Shown one piece after another: positions 27,090-36,649 of a DNA stretch of 41,486 bases. This DNA is from an uncultured Campylobacterales bacterium. GTDB taxonomy: Bacteria; Campylobacterota; Campylobacteria; Campylobacterales; Sulfurovaceae. The notes beneath the pieces were generated by a model. It saw only the letters and a program-made list of their open reading frames with translations, did no database searches and was not told the origin of the DNA. Position numbers and translations under genes: made by a program. Each line of letters starts with the position of its first letter. Position 1 is the first letter of the stretch. Location of the stretch: NCBI GenBank assembly GCA_964442515.1, contig CAYUAC010000002.1, positions 1 through 41,486 on the forward strand, read 5' to 3'.

Positions 27090-27815
27090 ATGCGGGTAAA
27101 AGCAGTGATCGCTTATGACGGATCGCTCTTTTTGGGTTCGCAGCGCCAGAAAAAAACAAAACAAACCGTCATAGGCTGCATAGAAGAAGTTTTGCACACG
27201 CTGCATATAAAAACAAAATTAGATGCTGCCGGCAGAACGGACAAGGGGGTACACGCCAGGGGACAGGTGCTTTCTTTTAAGCTGCCCTCCCACTGGAAAA
27301 ACCTGCAAAAGCTGCACCATATTGTAAATATCAACCTCAAGCCAAAAGGGATTGAACTGCTGCGTTTGCAGGAAGTACCGCACGATTTTCACGCCAGGTT
27401 CAGCGCCAAAAGCCGGTCGTATCTTTATCTCATCAAAGAAGATGCCAACGTGTTTGAACGAAGGTTTATGGCCGATTACACAAACTTTGATCCCGTCCTT
27501 TTGCAGCAGGCGCTGCGCCGGTTTGAAGGCAGACACGACTTCAGCGGCTTTTGCAAAAGCGGCGGCGGGGTCAAAACAACGATACGCACGATTTCAAGCG
27601 CGAGGGTGTTACGGTATAAGGGGATATATATCTGTTATTTCAAGGCTGACGGATTCCTGCGTTCACAGGTACGCCTGATGATGCAGGCGGCTTTGATGAC
27701 GGCGTCATCACGTATGCAGCTGCAGCAGCTGCGTTTGCAGCTTGAGGGAGGCAAAAAGTTTTGCACCAAGCCCGCACAGCCCCAGGGACTGTACTTAAGC
27801 AAGATTTTTTACTAG
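27090..27815 (+). CDS. truA: tRNA pseudouridine(38-40) synthase
   Basis: AYDGSLFLGSQRQ; catalytic GRTDKGVHA; RSYLY; HDFSGF; DGFLRSQVR. Confidence 0.93.
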   Translation: MRVKAVIAYDGSLFLGSQRQKKTKQTVIGCIEEVLHTLHIKTKLDAAGRTDKGVHARGQVLSFKLPSHWKNLQKLHHIVNINLKPKGIELLRLQEVPHDFHARFSAKSRSYLYLIKEDANVFERRFMADYTNFDPVLLQQALRRFEGRHDFSGFCKSGGGVKTTIRTISSARVLRYKGIYICYFKADGFLRSQVRLMMQAALMTASSRMQLQQLRLQLEGGKKFCTKPAQPQGLYLSKIFY

Positions 27816-29239
27816 CGTCTTCTTGGTTTGTTGTTTCTGCGGCCCGATCGTCTGCCGCCGCCTTTTTTGCCGCGCTTATTCTTTTCTTTGCGCTCGATAT
27901 CTTTTAAGATCACTTCAAGGCGTTCGGGAGAGATACCGATACGTTCGGGACCTTTAAACTGTTTGGTATCAAGCAGCATCGATAACAGCTTCATCGTCAG
28001 CTGGGTGGAATCAACCTCATCCTTGATGAGTTCATACGTCTGCTTTGCCTCATCTTTAATGGGCTGTTCCTTAATCTTTTTGGCAAATTTCTGACTGTGC
28101 TTTTCCCCCGCTTCTTTGGCGCTTGGGATAAACGACTGTCGCAAATCCGACTTGATCTTTTTCTTTATTGAGCCGAGCTCTTTATACTCAAGCGGGGTTA
28201 CAAGCGTAATCGCCAAGCCCTTCTGGCCCGCCCTGCCCGTTCGGCCGATACGGTGCACGTAGCTTTCGGGATCAAAGGGGATGTGGTAATTAAAAACGTG
28301 GGTGACGTTACTGATATCAAGCCCTCTTGCGGCCACGTCGGTGGCAACTAAGATATCACTTTGGTTTTTCTTAAAGGCTCCGATCTGTTTATCACGCTGG
28401 CGCTGTTCCATATCCCCGTGCAGTCCCACGGCTTTGTGTCCCTGCGCACTCAGCATTTCACTGACCCTGTCAACCTCTTTTTTCATGCGGCAGAAGATGA
28501 TTGATTTGGGCGGATTGAGCGAATCAAGCAGTCTGATGATAGCGTCATCTCTTTCATGTTCTTCGATGACGTAATATTCCTGCTTAATATCTACGTTGGT
28601 GGCTTGTTCCTGGGCGACCCTGGCCATTTTGGGTTCCACCAGGATGGTATTGGCAAGTTCTACGATCGCTTTTGGCATGGTCGCTGAAAACAGCAGGGTC
28701 TGTCTGTTTTGGGGCAGGTAGTTGATAATCTCTTTGACATCTTCCAAAAAGCCCATATTCAGCATCTCATCGGCTTCATCAAGCACGACAAAACGGGGGT
28801 TGAACTCTTTGAACTGTTCTTTGCTGAGCATATCCAAAAGCCGACCCGGAGTGGCCACGACCACGTTTGCCGAACCGTTAACCCGCTTTCGCTGCAGGTT
28901 GTATGACTGGCCGCCGTAAACGGTGGCGGTTTTGATACCCTTTGGCGCGCCTAAGCGAAACATTTCGTCACTGATCTGGTTAGCCAGTTCTCTTGTGGGC
29001 GTAATAATAAGGCATTCAACGCCAAAACCCTTGTTTTCCATCATATCCATAATAGGCAGACCAAACGCCGCCGTTTTACCCGTACCCGTATGGGCCTGTG
29101 CGATGATATCCTCACCCGCCTGTACCAGCGGTATAGCCATAGCCTGTATCGGGCTTGCGACTTTAAAACCCGCTCTCTTGATTCCGGTGCTGATCTCTTT
29201 ACCAAAACCGAATGAATCAAATGTTACTTTTTGTTCCAT
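27812..29239 (-). CDS. DEAD-box ATP-dependent RNA helicase with basic C-terminal tail
   Basis: Q-motif region; AQAHTGTGKTAAF; VLDEADEM; SAT; HRIGRTGRAG; Arg/Lys-rich tail KKGGGRRSGRRNNKPRRR. Confidence 0.95.
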   Translation of the reverse strand: MEQKVTFDSFGFGKEISTGIKRAGFKVASPIQAMAIPLVQAGEDIIAQAHTGTGKTAAFGLPIMDMMENKGFGVECLIITPTRELANQISDEMFRLGAPKGIKTATVYGGQSYNLQRKRVNGSANVVVATPGRLLDMLSKEQFKEFNPRFVVLDEADEMLNMGFLEDVKEIINYLPQNRQTLLFSATMPKAIVELANTILVEPKMARVAQEQATNVDIKQEYYVIEEHERDDAIIRLLDSLNPPKSIIFCRMKKEVDRVSEMLSAQGHKAVGLHGDMEQRQRDKQIGAFKKNQSDILVATDVAARGLDISNVTHVFNYHIPFDPESYVHRIGRTGRAGQKGLAITLVTPLEYKELGSIKKKIKSDLRQSFIPSAKEAGEKHSQKFAKKIKEQPIKDEAKQTYELIKDEVDSTQLTMKLLSMLLDTKQFKGPERIGISPERLEVILKDIERKEKNKRGKKGGGRRSGRRNNKPRRR

Positions 29240-29478
29240 ATATATTCTTCTTTTTTCCTGAGATTTGACTACAAATGCAGATTATGATGACTGATCATTC
29301 TTGATTTGAGTCCTCTCTTATGCGAAAGTGGTTCACGTCTGGAAGAAATTTCTATCAAGCAAGTGCCTTGTAGTCTTAAGCTGTGATTATATCATAATTT
29401 TGGTACAATACAAGCACGACAAGCGGGTTTGGATGGAAAGAACCGCGCTTAACTTTTCAAAAAACAGGGGATTATTGT

Positions 29479-30645
29479 ATGTTATCAAAACGGATTCAAA
29501 CGCTTTCGGAATCACTGACGATCGCTATCTCTTCGCTGGCAAGAGATTTGAAAGCCCAGGGCAAAGACGTGCTCAGTTTCAGCGCCGGCGAGCCCGATTT
29601 CGATACGCCGCAAAGAATCAAAGACGCGGCAAAAACGGCTATCGACGAAGGGTTTACCAAATACACCGCCGTCGCGGGTATTCCCGAACTGCTTGAAGCC
29701 ATCAGCGGAAAGCTCAAACGTGACAACGGCTTGGAATACGGAACTGACGAGATCATTGTCAACAACGGCGCCAAGCACACGCTTTTTAATATTTTTCAGG
29801 CCCTGATCGATGAAGGCGATGAAGTCATCATCCCCTCTCCTTACTGGGTTACCTACCCCGAACTGGTCAAATACAGCGGCGGCACGGTCAAAGAGGTGAC
29901 CACCGATGACAGCAGCGCTTTTAAAATGACGCCGCAGCAGCTCAAAGACGCGATTACGGACAAAACAAAGATTTTGATTCTTACCACGCCTTCCAATCCG
30001 ACCGGTTCGGTGTATACCAGAGCCCAGCTGGAAGCGCTGGCAGAAGTGCTCAAAGGCACCGATATTACCGTAGTCAGTGACGAAATGTATGAAAAGCTGG
30101 TTTTTGGCAGGGAGTTTACCGCCGTTGCCAGCATCAGTGATGATATGTTAAAGCGTACCATTACCGTAAACGGTCTGAGCAAATCGGTCGCGATGACGGG
30201 ATGGCGCTTTGGCTATATGGCGTGCAAGGATAAAGAATTGATCAAAGCGATCAATAAACTCCAAAGCCAGTCTACGTCCAATATCAACTCCATCACCCAA
30301 AAAGCTGCCATCCCCGCCCTGGACGGCAGCGTCGATGATGCGATCGAGCATATGCGGGCCACGTTTGAACAGCGCTGTGAAACGGCCGTGGAGATGTTTA
30401 ACGCTATTGAAGGCTTAAGCGTGGTCAAGCCCGAAGGCGCGTTTTATCTTTTTGTCAACTGTAAAGAGATAGAACCCGATTCGATGAAGTTTTGCAAAGC
30501 GATGCTTGAAGACGCGGGAATCGCCACGGTTCCCGGTCTTGGCTTTGGCGCGGACGGTTACTTCCGCTTCAGCTACGCGATGGATCTTGATACGATCAAA
30601 GCCGGTATCAAGCGTATTGAAGCCTTTGTCAAACAATACCAATGA
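29479..30645 (+). CDS. Pyridoxal-phosphate-dependent aspartate aminotransferase (class I)
   Basis: LSFSAGEPDFDTP; PSPYWVTYPE; NPTGSVY; PLP-lysine motif SKSVAMTGWRFGY. Confidence 0.93.
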   Translation: MLSKRIQTLSESLTIAISSLARDLKAQGKDVLSFSAGEPDFDTPQRIKDAAKTAIDEGFTKYTAVAGIPELLEAISGKLKRDNGLEYGTDEIIVNNGAKHTLFNIFQALIDEGDEVIIPSPYWVTYPELVKYSGGTVKEVTTDDSSAFKMTPQQLKDAITDKTKILILTTPSNPTGSVYTRAQLEALAEVLKGTDITVVSDEMYEKLVFGREFTAVASISDDMLKRTITVNGLSKSVAMTGWRFGYMACKDKELIKAINKLQSQSTSNINSITQKAAIPALDGSVDDAIEHMRATFEQRCETAVEMFNAIEGLSVVKPEGAFYLFVNCKEIEPDSMKFCKAMLEDAGIATVPGLGFGADGYFRFSYAMDLDTIKAGIKRIEAFVKQYQ

Positions 30646-31055
30646 AAATCTTCGCCGCGGTCCTGCTTGCTTTAATCTTTACCTTCTTATTCCTGGTAGG
30701 GCTTAAGATCAACTATCTGGACCGCTACGGTGTTGAAATCTATTTTAACGCCTTTTTTTCCAGCAACCAGCCCTACGGATTTCTGTTTTTTTTCCTCTTC
30801 TGCCTTGCGGCGATGTATCTGCCCAAAAAGGGCGCGGGCGCGGGCGTATTATGCACGTTTGCCGTTGCTCTTAGCACGTTTTTTGCCGGTGACACCATCG
30901 GGATAAAACTCTACAGCCAGAAGGCGGCTTACACTATCGGAGAGTATACCACCCCGGATTTACAACTGTTATATTCTTACCGGGGAGTGGATTATGTGCT
31001 TTTTGCTGAAGATAAAAGCGTCAAAACCCTCAGTTCTGATTTGAGAACACGATAA
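30642..31055 (+). CDS. Hypothetical membrane protein
   Basis: ATGA overlap with the aminotransferase stop. Three hydrophobic helices. No motif recognised. Confidence 0.5.
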   Translation: MKIFAAVLLALIFTFLFLVGLKINYLDRYGVEIYFNAFFSSNQPYGFLFFFLFCLAAMYLPKKGAGAGVLCTFAVALSTFFAGDTIGIKLYSQKAAYTIGEYTTPDLQLLYSYRGVDYVLFAEDKSVKTLSSDLRTR

Positions 31056-31102
31056 TTGTGTTACAATAACAGACTTTAATATATGCCGTACAAGGGGCCG
31101 GG

Positions 31103-33661
31103 ATGAAGATCAAAACACTCAAAAACTATTTTCGCATCTCTATGATAACGATCACGTTTGCTATTTTCATACTCTTTTACGCTTTCTCCTCCTATCTGCA
31201 TACCGCGCTTACGATCAAAGAAAACAAACAGTTGGCAAACGCCGTCAGCGAACAGGTATTTGGATCGATGTATCAAGTCATGCGTCAGGGGTGGTCCAGG
31301 GGAGATTTGGAAGAGTTTATCAACTCCACGAAGAATTCTTTTGAAAAGACCTCTTATGATGTGGATATTTACCGGGGCGAAATCGTAGAAGAGTTGTATG
31401 GCACCATTGAACAGGATGCCTTCAGCAAAAACGTCAAAGGCGTTTTTGATACGGGAATGCGTTATGAAAGTTCTGATGACGCTTCGCTGAAGCTGATCAC
31501 GCCGATGAAAGCCGGCCAGGAGTGCCTTCAGTGCCATACCAACGCCAAGGTTGGGGATGTGCTGGGCGTTGTTTCAATCGATTATGATTTTTCCCAGACG
31601 ATCAAGGATACCCAGTTTAACTACCTGCTGTTTTCTCTGATTATTCTGCCGTTGATGTTTTTGATCACCTACCTGCTTTCAAAACATCTGCTAAGAAAGA
31701 TCGATGATTCTATCGGGATGTTTAACAAAAAGATTAAAAATATCAATTCGGTCAAGGATTTTAAAAACTTAGACACCTCCAACGTCAAGCAAAGCTTCAG
31801 CGAATTTGAAACAATGATGACTGAAGTCACCAGCTTAAGCCAAAAACTCAAAAATATCGCGGTGGATAAAGACATCCTGGAATTTGAAGTCAAACTGCTT
31901 GACAAGCTCATCATCACTTCCGAAGTGGTCAAGGATTGGAAGGAATATATCAAAGAACTGCTGGGTGAGATCAACCATGTATTGCCCGTATACTGCCTGA
32001 TTACGATCTTTAAAACCGAAGATGAAGTCTACGAAGTGGAAATCTTCTGGCTTGGCGAACCCGAAGCCCACATCAAAAAGTATCTGGAAGATCTGGCCCA
32101 GACCATGATCACAGAACACCACCACGTCACCACCACCGCCTCGGTCAACCATACCGTGGTCAATAAAAACAGCTGCCTCAACTCCATAGCCACCCACGAG
32201 ATTGAGCACGAAGCCAAATCGCTGCTGCTGGATGCGCCAAAGATCGGCGGCATCGTGGGGCTTGGCATCCAGGCCGATACCTCCAAAGACAGCGTGTACC
32301 ACATCGTCATCGATTCGATTCTGACCACGCTTTTAAACCTGGTCGGCTCGGTCAAGGCGATCCATAAATACACCGAAAACCTGGAGTTTTACGCCACCCG
32401 CGATCCGCTGACGGGGCTGTTTTCCCAGCGCGTTTTCAGAGACCTGTTGGATTATGAAATCAAAAGAGCCCACAGCCACGGTTACGAATTTGGCCTGCTG
32501 GTGATCGATTGCGATAACTTCAAACCCGTCAACGACACCTACGGCCACAGTTTCGGGGATGTTTTTTTAACCGAATTTGCCAACCTGCTGGAAGCCAATA
32601 AACGCGATGAGGATATTCTTTCACGTTACGGGGGCGACGAATTTACTATCGTGCTGCCCGAATCGGGACTGGAAGAGTCTTACCGGGTCGCCCAGCGTAT
32701 CCTGCGCGCGATCGAAGAGTTCAACCTCACAGCACCTGATGGCACCCAGGTCAATGTCACCGTTTCCATCGGTATCGCGATCTATCCCACCCACGCCCAG
32801 GATGCAACCGAACTGTTCAATATCGCCGATGCGATGATGTATAGGGCCAAAAATGAGGGCAAGGACGCGGTGCGAACGCCCAGTGAAGTGGAACTGGATG
32901 AGATCCACCAGGAAAGCAAGGACAAATCGATGCTGGTCCTTGATGCGGTCAAAAACGGCAATATTATTCCCCATTTCCAACCCATTATGAACGCGGCCAA
33001 CAACCGCATCGAGATCAATGAAGTATTGATGCGCATCGATCTGGACGGCCAGACTGTGACCGCCGGGCAGTTTATCCAGACGGCTGAAAGCCTTGGGATC
33101 GTACACCAGATGGATTATGTAGTCATTGAAAAAGCCTTTGCAAAACTGGTAGAGACCGGCTATGAGGGTGTATTGTTTATCAACCTCTCACCCAAGGCGC
33201 TGATCATCAGCGAATTCATGGAAAAGATCAATGCCTTAACCCACAAGTACAATATCCCAAAAAGCCGTATCGTTTTTGAAATCACCGAACGCGAAACGGT
33301 CAAAAGCTTTGCGGTTCTGGAAAAATTTGTCTTTAATCTCAAGCTGGAAGGTTTCCGCTTTGCCATCGATGATTTCGGTTCGGGCTTTTCCTCATTTCAC
33401 TATATCAAGAAGTTTCCGATCGATTTTGTCAAGATTGACGGGGATTTTATCGTCAATATCCACAAGGATGAAAAAGATTACGCTTTTGTCAAAAGCATCA
33501 TCTCCCTTGCCCATGAACTCGGGATTAAAACGATCGCCGAATTTGTCGAGGATGACGCGGTGCTGCAGTTTTTAAAAGAGGTCGATATCGATTACGTCCA
33601 GGGCTTTCATATCGCCAAACCCTCGGATCTGCTGGAGACAAGAACGTTTAAAGATTCCTGA
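31103..33661 (+). CDS. GGDEF-EAL signalling protein with N-terminal CXXCH-containing (DUF3365/Tll0287-like) periplasmic sensor
   Basis: N-terminal TM; sensor segment AGQECLQCHTNAKVGDVLGVVSIDY; second TM; GGDEF domain (RYGGDEF); EAL domain (FEITERE, DDFGSG, QGFHIAKP). Confidence 0.93.
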   Translation: MKIKTLKNYFRISMITITFAIFILFYAFSSYLHTALTIKENKQLANAVSEQVFGSMYQVMRQGWSRGDLEEFINSTKNSFEKTSYDVDIYRGEIVEELYGTIEQDAFSKNVKGVFDTGMRYESSDDASLKLITPMKAGQECLQCHTNAKVGDVLGVVSIDYDFSQTIKDTQFNYLLFSLIILPLMFLITYLLSKHLLRKIDDSIGMFNKKIKNINSVKDFKNLDTSNVKQSFSEFETMMTEVTSLSQKLKNIAVDKDILEFEVKLLDKLIITSEVVKDWKEYIKELLGEINHVLPVYCLITIFKTEDEVYEVEIFWLGEPEAHIKKYLEDLAQTMITEHHHVTTTASVNHTVVNKNSCLNSIATHEIEHEAKSLLLDAPKIGGIVGLGIQADTSKDSVYHIVIDSILTTLLNLVGSVKAIHKYTENLEFYATRDPLTGLFSQRVFRDLLDYEIKRAHSHGYEFGLLVIDCDNFKPVNDTYGHSFGDVFLTEFANLLEANKRDEDILSRYGGDEFTIVLPESGLEESYRVAQRILRAIEEFNLTAPDGTQVNVTVSIGIAIYPTHAQDATELFNIADAMMYRAKNEGKDAVRTPSEVELDEIHQESKDKSMLVLDAVKNGNIIPHFQPIMNAANNRIEINEVLMRIDLDGQTVTAGQFIQTAESLGIVHQMDYVVIEKAFAKLVETGYEGVLFINLSPKALIISEFMEKINALTHKYNIPKSRIVFEITERETVKSFAVLEKFVFNLKLEGFRFAIDDFGSGFSSFHYIKKFPIDFVKIDGDFIVNIHKDEKDYAFVKSIISLAHELGIKTIAEFVEDDAVLQFLKEVDIDYVQGFHIAKPSDLLETRTFKDS

Positions 33662-34583
33662 TTGCGCCGATAACGTCTTTTGCCTGAACTGCCTGCATAC
33701 ACTCGTGCGTCTTTAGCGGACACACGCGCTTCATGCAGGGTGCGCATTGGAGATCTTTGCTCACCACGGCGCTTTTGGGATTGTGCCACTGAGAGGTTTC
33801 ACTGTACTTGGTCGGACCAAAGATCGCCGCTGTTGGTACCTGATACGCCGCGGCTACGTGCATGGGGCCGCTGTCGTTGGTGACAAACAGGTCAAGACCC
33901 CCGATATATTCGATCAGTTCCCGCACGCTTGTTTTGCCCGCCAGATTGATCACATCCGTTACCCCCAAATCTTTGAGCGCTTTTTGGATATCACCGGCGG
34001 GTTCGATCTCGCCGGGGCCTCCGAAGATAACAACCGTGTATTCTTCACTCAAATCCGCCGCCACCGCCGCGAAACGCCCCGGATACCAGCGCTTGGCGCT
34101 GCCGTAGGTGGCACCGGGGTTGATGCCAAGCGTTTTTTTAGCAAGCGTTTTTGGCTTCTGGTACAAACGCAGGGGACCTGGCCGGTGGGCCGTATTGAAA
34201 AGCTTGTTGACAAAATCGTTGTAATGCATAACCAGATGCTGGGTTTTGCTAGTCGTTCGTGTATACGCGGCTTTCCTGTCCGCACGTAACGCAAAGAGTA
34301 AAAACTTCGCGCTCATCGTCCGCCGAAAGCTGATTGCCAGATCAAAGTGACCCAGTTTTTTTGCACTTTTATACAAAGCGCACAGCCGGCACCTGCTTTT
34401 CTTGCTCTCATCAACGACCACTTCAGAAACGTTTGGATGCTTGCCCAGAGCCTGTGTTGCCACAAAGGAGCCAAACAGTACAATCTGCGCGTCCGGACAG
34501 GTTTTGACAATATTTTCAATGGCGGGCGTAGCCATCACCGCATCGCCCAGCCATGTGGGGATTTCGATAAAGATCTTATTCAA
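33648..34583 (-). CDS. waaF: ADP-heptose-LPS heptosyltransferase (GT9), likely heptosyltransferase II
   Basis: PTWLGDAVMATPA; KRWYPGRFA; NDSGPMHVAAA; C-terminal CxxC...C. The choice of symbol within GT9 is inference. Confidence 0.75.
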   Translation of the reverse strand: MNKIFIEIPTWLGDAVMATPAIENIVKTCPDAQIVLFGSFVATQALGKHPNVSEVVVDESKKSRCRLCALYKSAKKLGHFDLAISFRRTMSAKFLLFALRADRKAAYTRTTSKTQHLVMHYNDFVNKLFNTAHRPGPLRLYQKPKTLAKKTLGINPGATYGSAKRWYPGRFAAVAADLSEEYTVVIFGGPGEIEPAGDIQKALKDLGVTDVINLAGKTSVRELIEYIGGLDLFVTNDSGPMHVAAAYQVPTAAIFGPTKYSETSQWHNPKSAVVSKDLQCAPCMKRVCPLKTHECMQAVQAKDVIGAIRNL

Positions 34584-36297
34584 GCAGCGTACCTTTTAGC
34601 CTCTGGTACTCTTTGCATGATTTTAGCAGCTGGCTGTCGCTGCCGCTGCACTCAACTTTGCCGTCTTTGAACACGTAGATTCTATCGGCGTGTTCGATCG
34701 TGGAAAGCCGGTGGGCAATCATCAGCGTGATACGGTCTTTTTGCAGCCGTTTCATCGCTTTGGCGATGGCGCGTTCGCTCTTGTTATCAAGCGCGCTGGT
34801 GGCTTCGTCAAAGATAAGCAGCTGCGGGTCTTTGTAAAACGCACGCGCTATGGCGATACGCTGACGCTGACCGCCGGAGAGATTGGCGCCAAACTCGTCA
34901 AGCACGGTATGAATTCCCTCGCTCATGGCGCTGACAAAATCATACGCCTCGGCGTTTTTCAGCGCGCTAATCACCCTGGTTTCATCAACGTGCTGGCCGT
35001 AGGCGACGTTTTTTGCCACGGTATCGTTAAATACATACACTCTTTGAGTCACCATCGATGTGGCGTTTCGCAGACTTTTGATATCAAGTTCTTTAATATC
35101 GACCCCGTCAAAACTCAAATCTCCCTGACAATCATAAAAGCGCACCAGCAGATTCACCAGCGAACTTTTTCCCCCGCCGCTGTCGCCCACAAAAGCGACC
35201 ACTTCACCCTTTCTGGCTTCAAAATTGATGCCTTTAAGAGCCTGGATATCGCCGTAGGACAGGCGCAGATCGCGGCCTACAATCTTGTTTATCTGCCCTA
35301 CTTTACTGCCGCCGGTAATGATCCTGGCCTTTAGTTCAAGCAAGAAATCCATCCGCTCAACCGCCGCTAAAACGCCGTGCAGCGAATTGTACTGTTTGGT
35401 TACCCGCTTAAGGGGCGTATAAATCATAAACATCGCGGCCATAAAAGAGAAGAAACTGCCCACCGTAATCTCTTCGTCAATAACCTGCTGCCCGCCGATG
35501 ATAATCACCGCCGCTGCACCCAGGGCGCCCACCGTTTCCATCACCGGAGAAACCAGTTCGTTGGCTTTGACCTTTTTCATGGAGTAGTTGAAATATTTTT
35601 GGTTATCGTATTCATATTTTTGCAGTTCAAAATTTTCGTTGGTATTGACCTTGATGATTTCGATATTATTAAAAATCTCACCCAAGATCGACGTGGTATC
35701 AGCAATCTTTTCCTGGGCCAGTTTGGTAACTTTTTTCATCTTTTTATTGAGCAGTTTTACCGGGAAGATGGCTGCTGGCAGTACCACCAGGGCAAAAAAC
35801 GCCAGCTGGGGACTTTGGACAATAAGGACTACGATCAGTCCGGCAATCGTCAGCATTTCTCGCAGCATCATCGGCAGTACCGAAGAAACGGCGGCTTTGA
35901 CCTGTTCGATATCACCCACCATACGGCTGATCAGTTCGCCTTTTCTGAATTTATTGAAAAAATCCAGTTCCAGTCCAAGCAGGTTGTGCAGCGTCAGATT
36001 GCGCAGGCGCCGGACGATATCATTGCCGATGTAAGCCATGAAATAAGCCTGCATATACACCCCAAGTCCCTTGGCGAAATAGGTCGCTACCACCAAAAAG
36101 GGAATGAGGTATAAAAGCTCTTCGTTTTTTTCGATAAAAATCTCATCCAGGACGGGTTTGATCACGTAAGCCGTGGCGGCCGTACCGGCTGCTGCAAGCC
36201 CCATGCCGATAAAAGCCAAAACAAATTTGAGCTTGTACTCTTTCATATACGGCCAGAACCTGGCCAGTATCAACTGCATAACTTTAAACATTATCAC
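34576..36297 (-). CDS. ABC transporter permease/ATPase fusion, MsbA-like lipid exporter
   Basis: Six-TM domain followed by an NBD: Walker A GDSGGGKSS, signature LSGGQRQRIAIARA, Walker B LLIFDEATSALD. 8-nt overlap with waaF supports an LPS role. Confidence 0.88.
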   Translation of the reverse strand: MIMFKVMQLILARFWPYMKEYKLKFVLAFIGMGLAAAGTAATAYVIKPVLDEIFIEKNEELLYLIPFLVVATYFAKGLGVYMQAYFMAYIGNDIVRRLRNLTLHNLLGLELDFFNKFRKGELISRMVGDIEQVKAAVSSVLPMMLREMLTIAGLIVVLIVQSPQLAFFALVVLPAAIFPVKLLNKKMKKVTKLAQEKIADTTSILGEIFNNIEIIKVNTNENFELQKYEYDNQKYFNYSMKKVKANELVSPVMETVGALGAAAVIIIGGQQVIDEEITVGSFFSFMAAMFMIYTPLKRVTKQYNSLHGVLAAVERMDFLLELKARIITGGSKVGQINKIVGRDLRLSYGDIQALKGINFEARKGEVVAFVGDSGGGKSSLVNLLVRFYDCQGDLSFDGVDIKELDIKSLRNATSMVTQRVYVFNDTVAKNVAYGQHVDETRVISALKNAEAYDFVSAMSEGIHTVLDEFGANLSGGQRQRIAIARAFYKDPQLLIFDEATSALDNKSERAIAKAMKRLQKDRITLMIAHRLSTIEHADRIYVFKDGKVECSGSDSQLLKSCKEYQRLKGTLLE

Positions 36298-36433
36298 CCT
36301 GTTTTTTCTCTGATTTTATCCAAAGTTGGATTAAACCCGGGTTTGTGCAAAGACGGGGCGCTGCAATACTTAAGCTGGATATTATAATACTTTGGATACT
36401 ATTTCGTAAAATTACAGAAACAAAGGTCAAGCT

Positions 36434-36625
36434 ATGGCAAAAAGATGTATGATTAGCGGCAAAGGTCCAAACGTAGCAAACCACGTCAGCCACGCCAATA
36501 ACAAAATGAAAAAACGACAAATGCCTAATCTCAGAAGTGTAAAAATCACACTTGAAGACGGCACTACAAAGCGAATCAAAGTTGCTGCTTCCGAGCTTAG
36601 AACGATGAAGAAGCAAAACTCGTAA
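36434..36625 (+). CDS. rpmB: 50S ribosomal protein L28
   Basis: [60 protein letters not shown] is near-colinear with Helicobacter/Campylobacter L28. Confidence 0.97.
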   Translation: MAKRCMISGKGPNVANHVSHANNKMKKRQMPNLRSVKITLEDGTTKRIKVAASELRTMKKQNS

Positions 36626-36626
36626 A

Positions 36627-36644
36627 TTCCTCCTTCTGGAGGAA
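36627..36644 (+). terminator. Perfect 7-bp hairpin TTCCTCC-TTCT-GGAGGAA after rpmB that pairs the downstream SD
   Basis: Begins 2 nt after the rpmB stop. Its 3' arm GGAGGAA is the only SD for the TTG start at 36650. The downstream tail is only partly T-rich (CCCTCTTGAATTTTATTTC). Confidence 0.4.
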
Positions 36645-36649
36645 CCCTC

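Noticed and set aside
31061-31071. The 11-mer TTACAATAACA is shared between the GGDEF-EAL upstream region (31061-31071) and the island boundary (38963-38973)
   Set aside because: In a 41-kb window many 11-mer coincidences are expected by chance, especially AT-rich ones. The match does not extend on either side.
34690-36114. Two long plus-strand ORFs (214 and 245 aa) antisense to the msbA-like gene. Similar long antisense ORFs occur at 13525-14193, 14864-15616, 20102-20707, 23459-24202 and 24427-25023.
   Set aside because: In every case the opposite strand carries a protein with unmistakable family motifs (Walker A/B, polymerase motifs and so on). The antisense translations are low-complexity and lack RBS or motifs.
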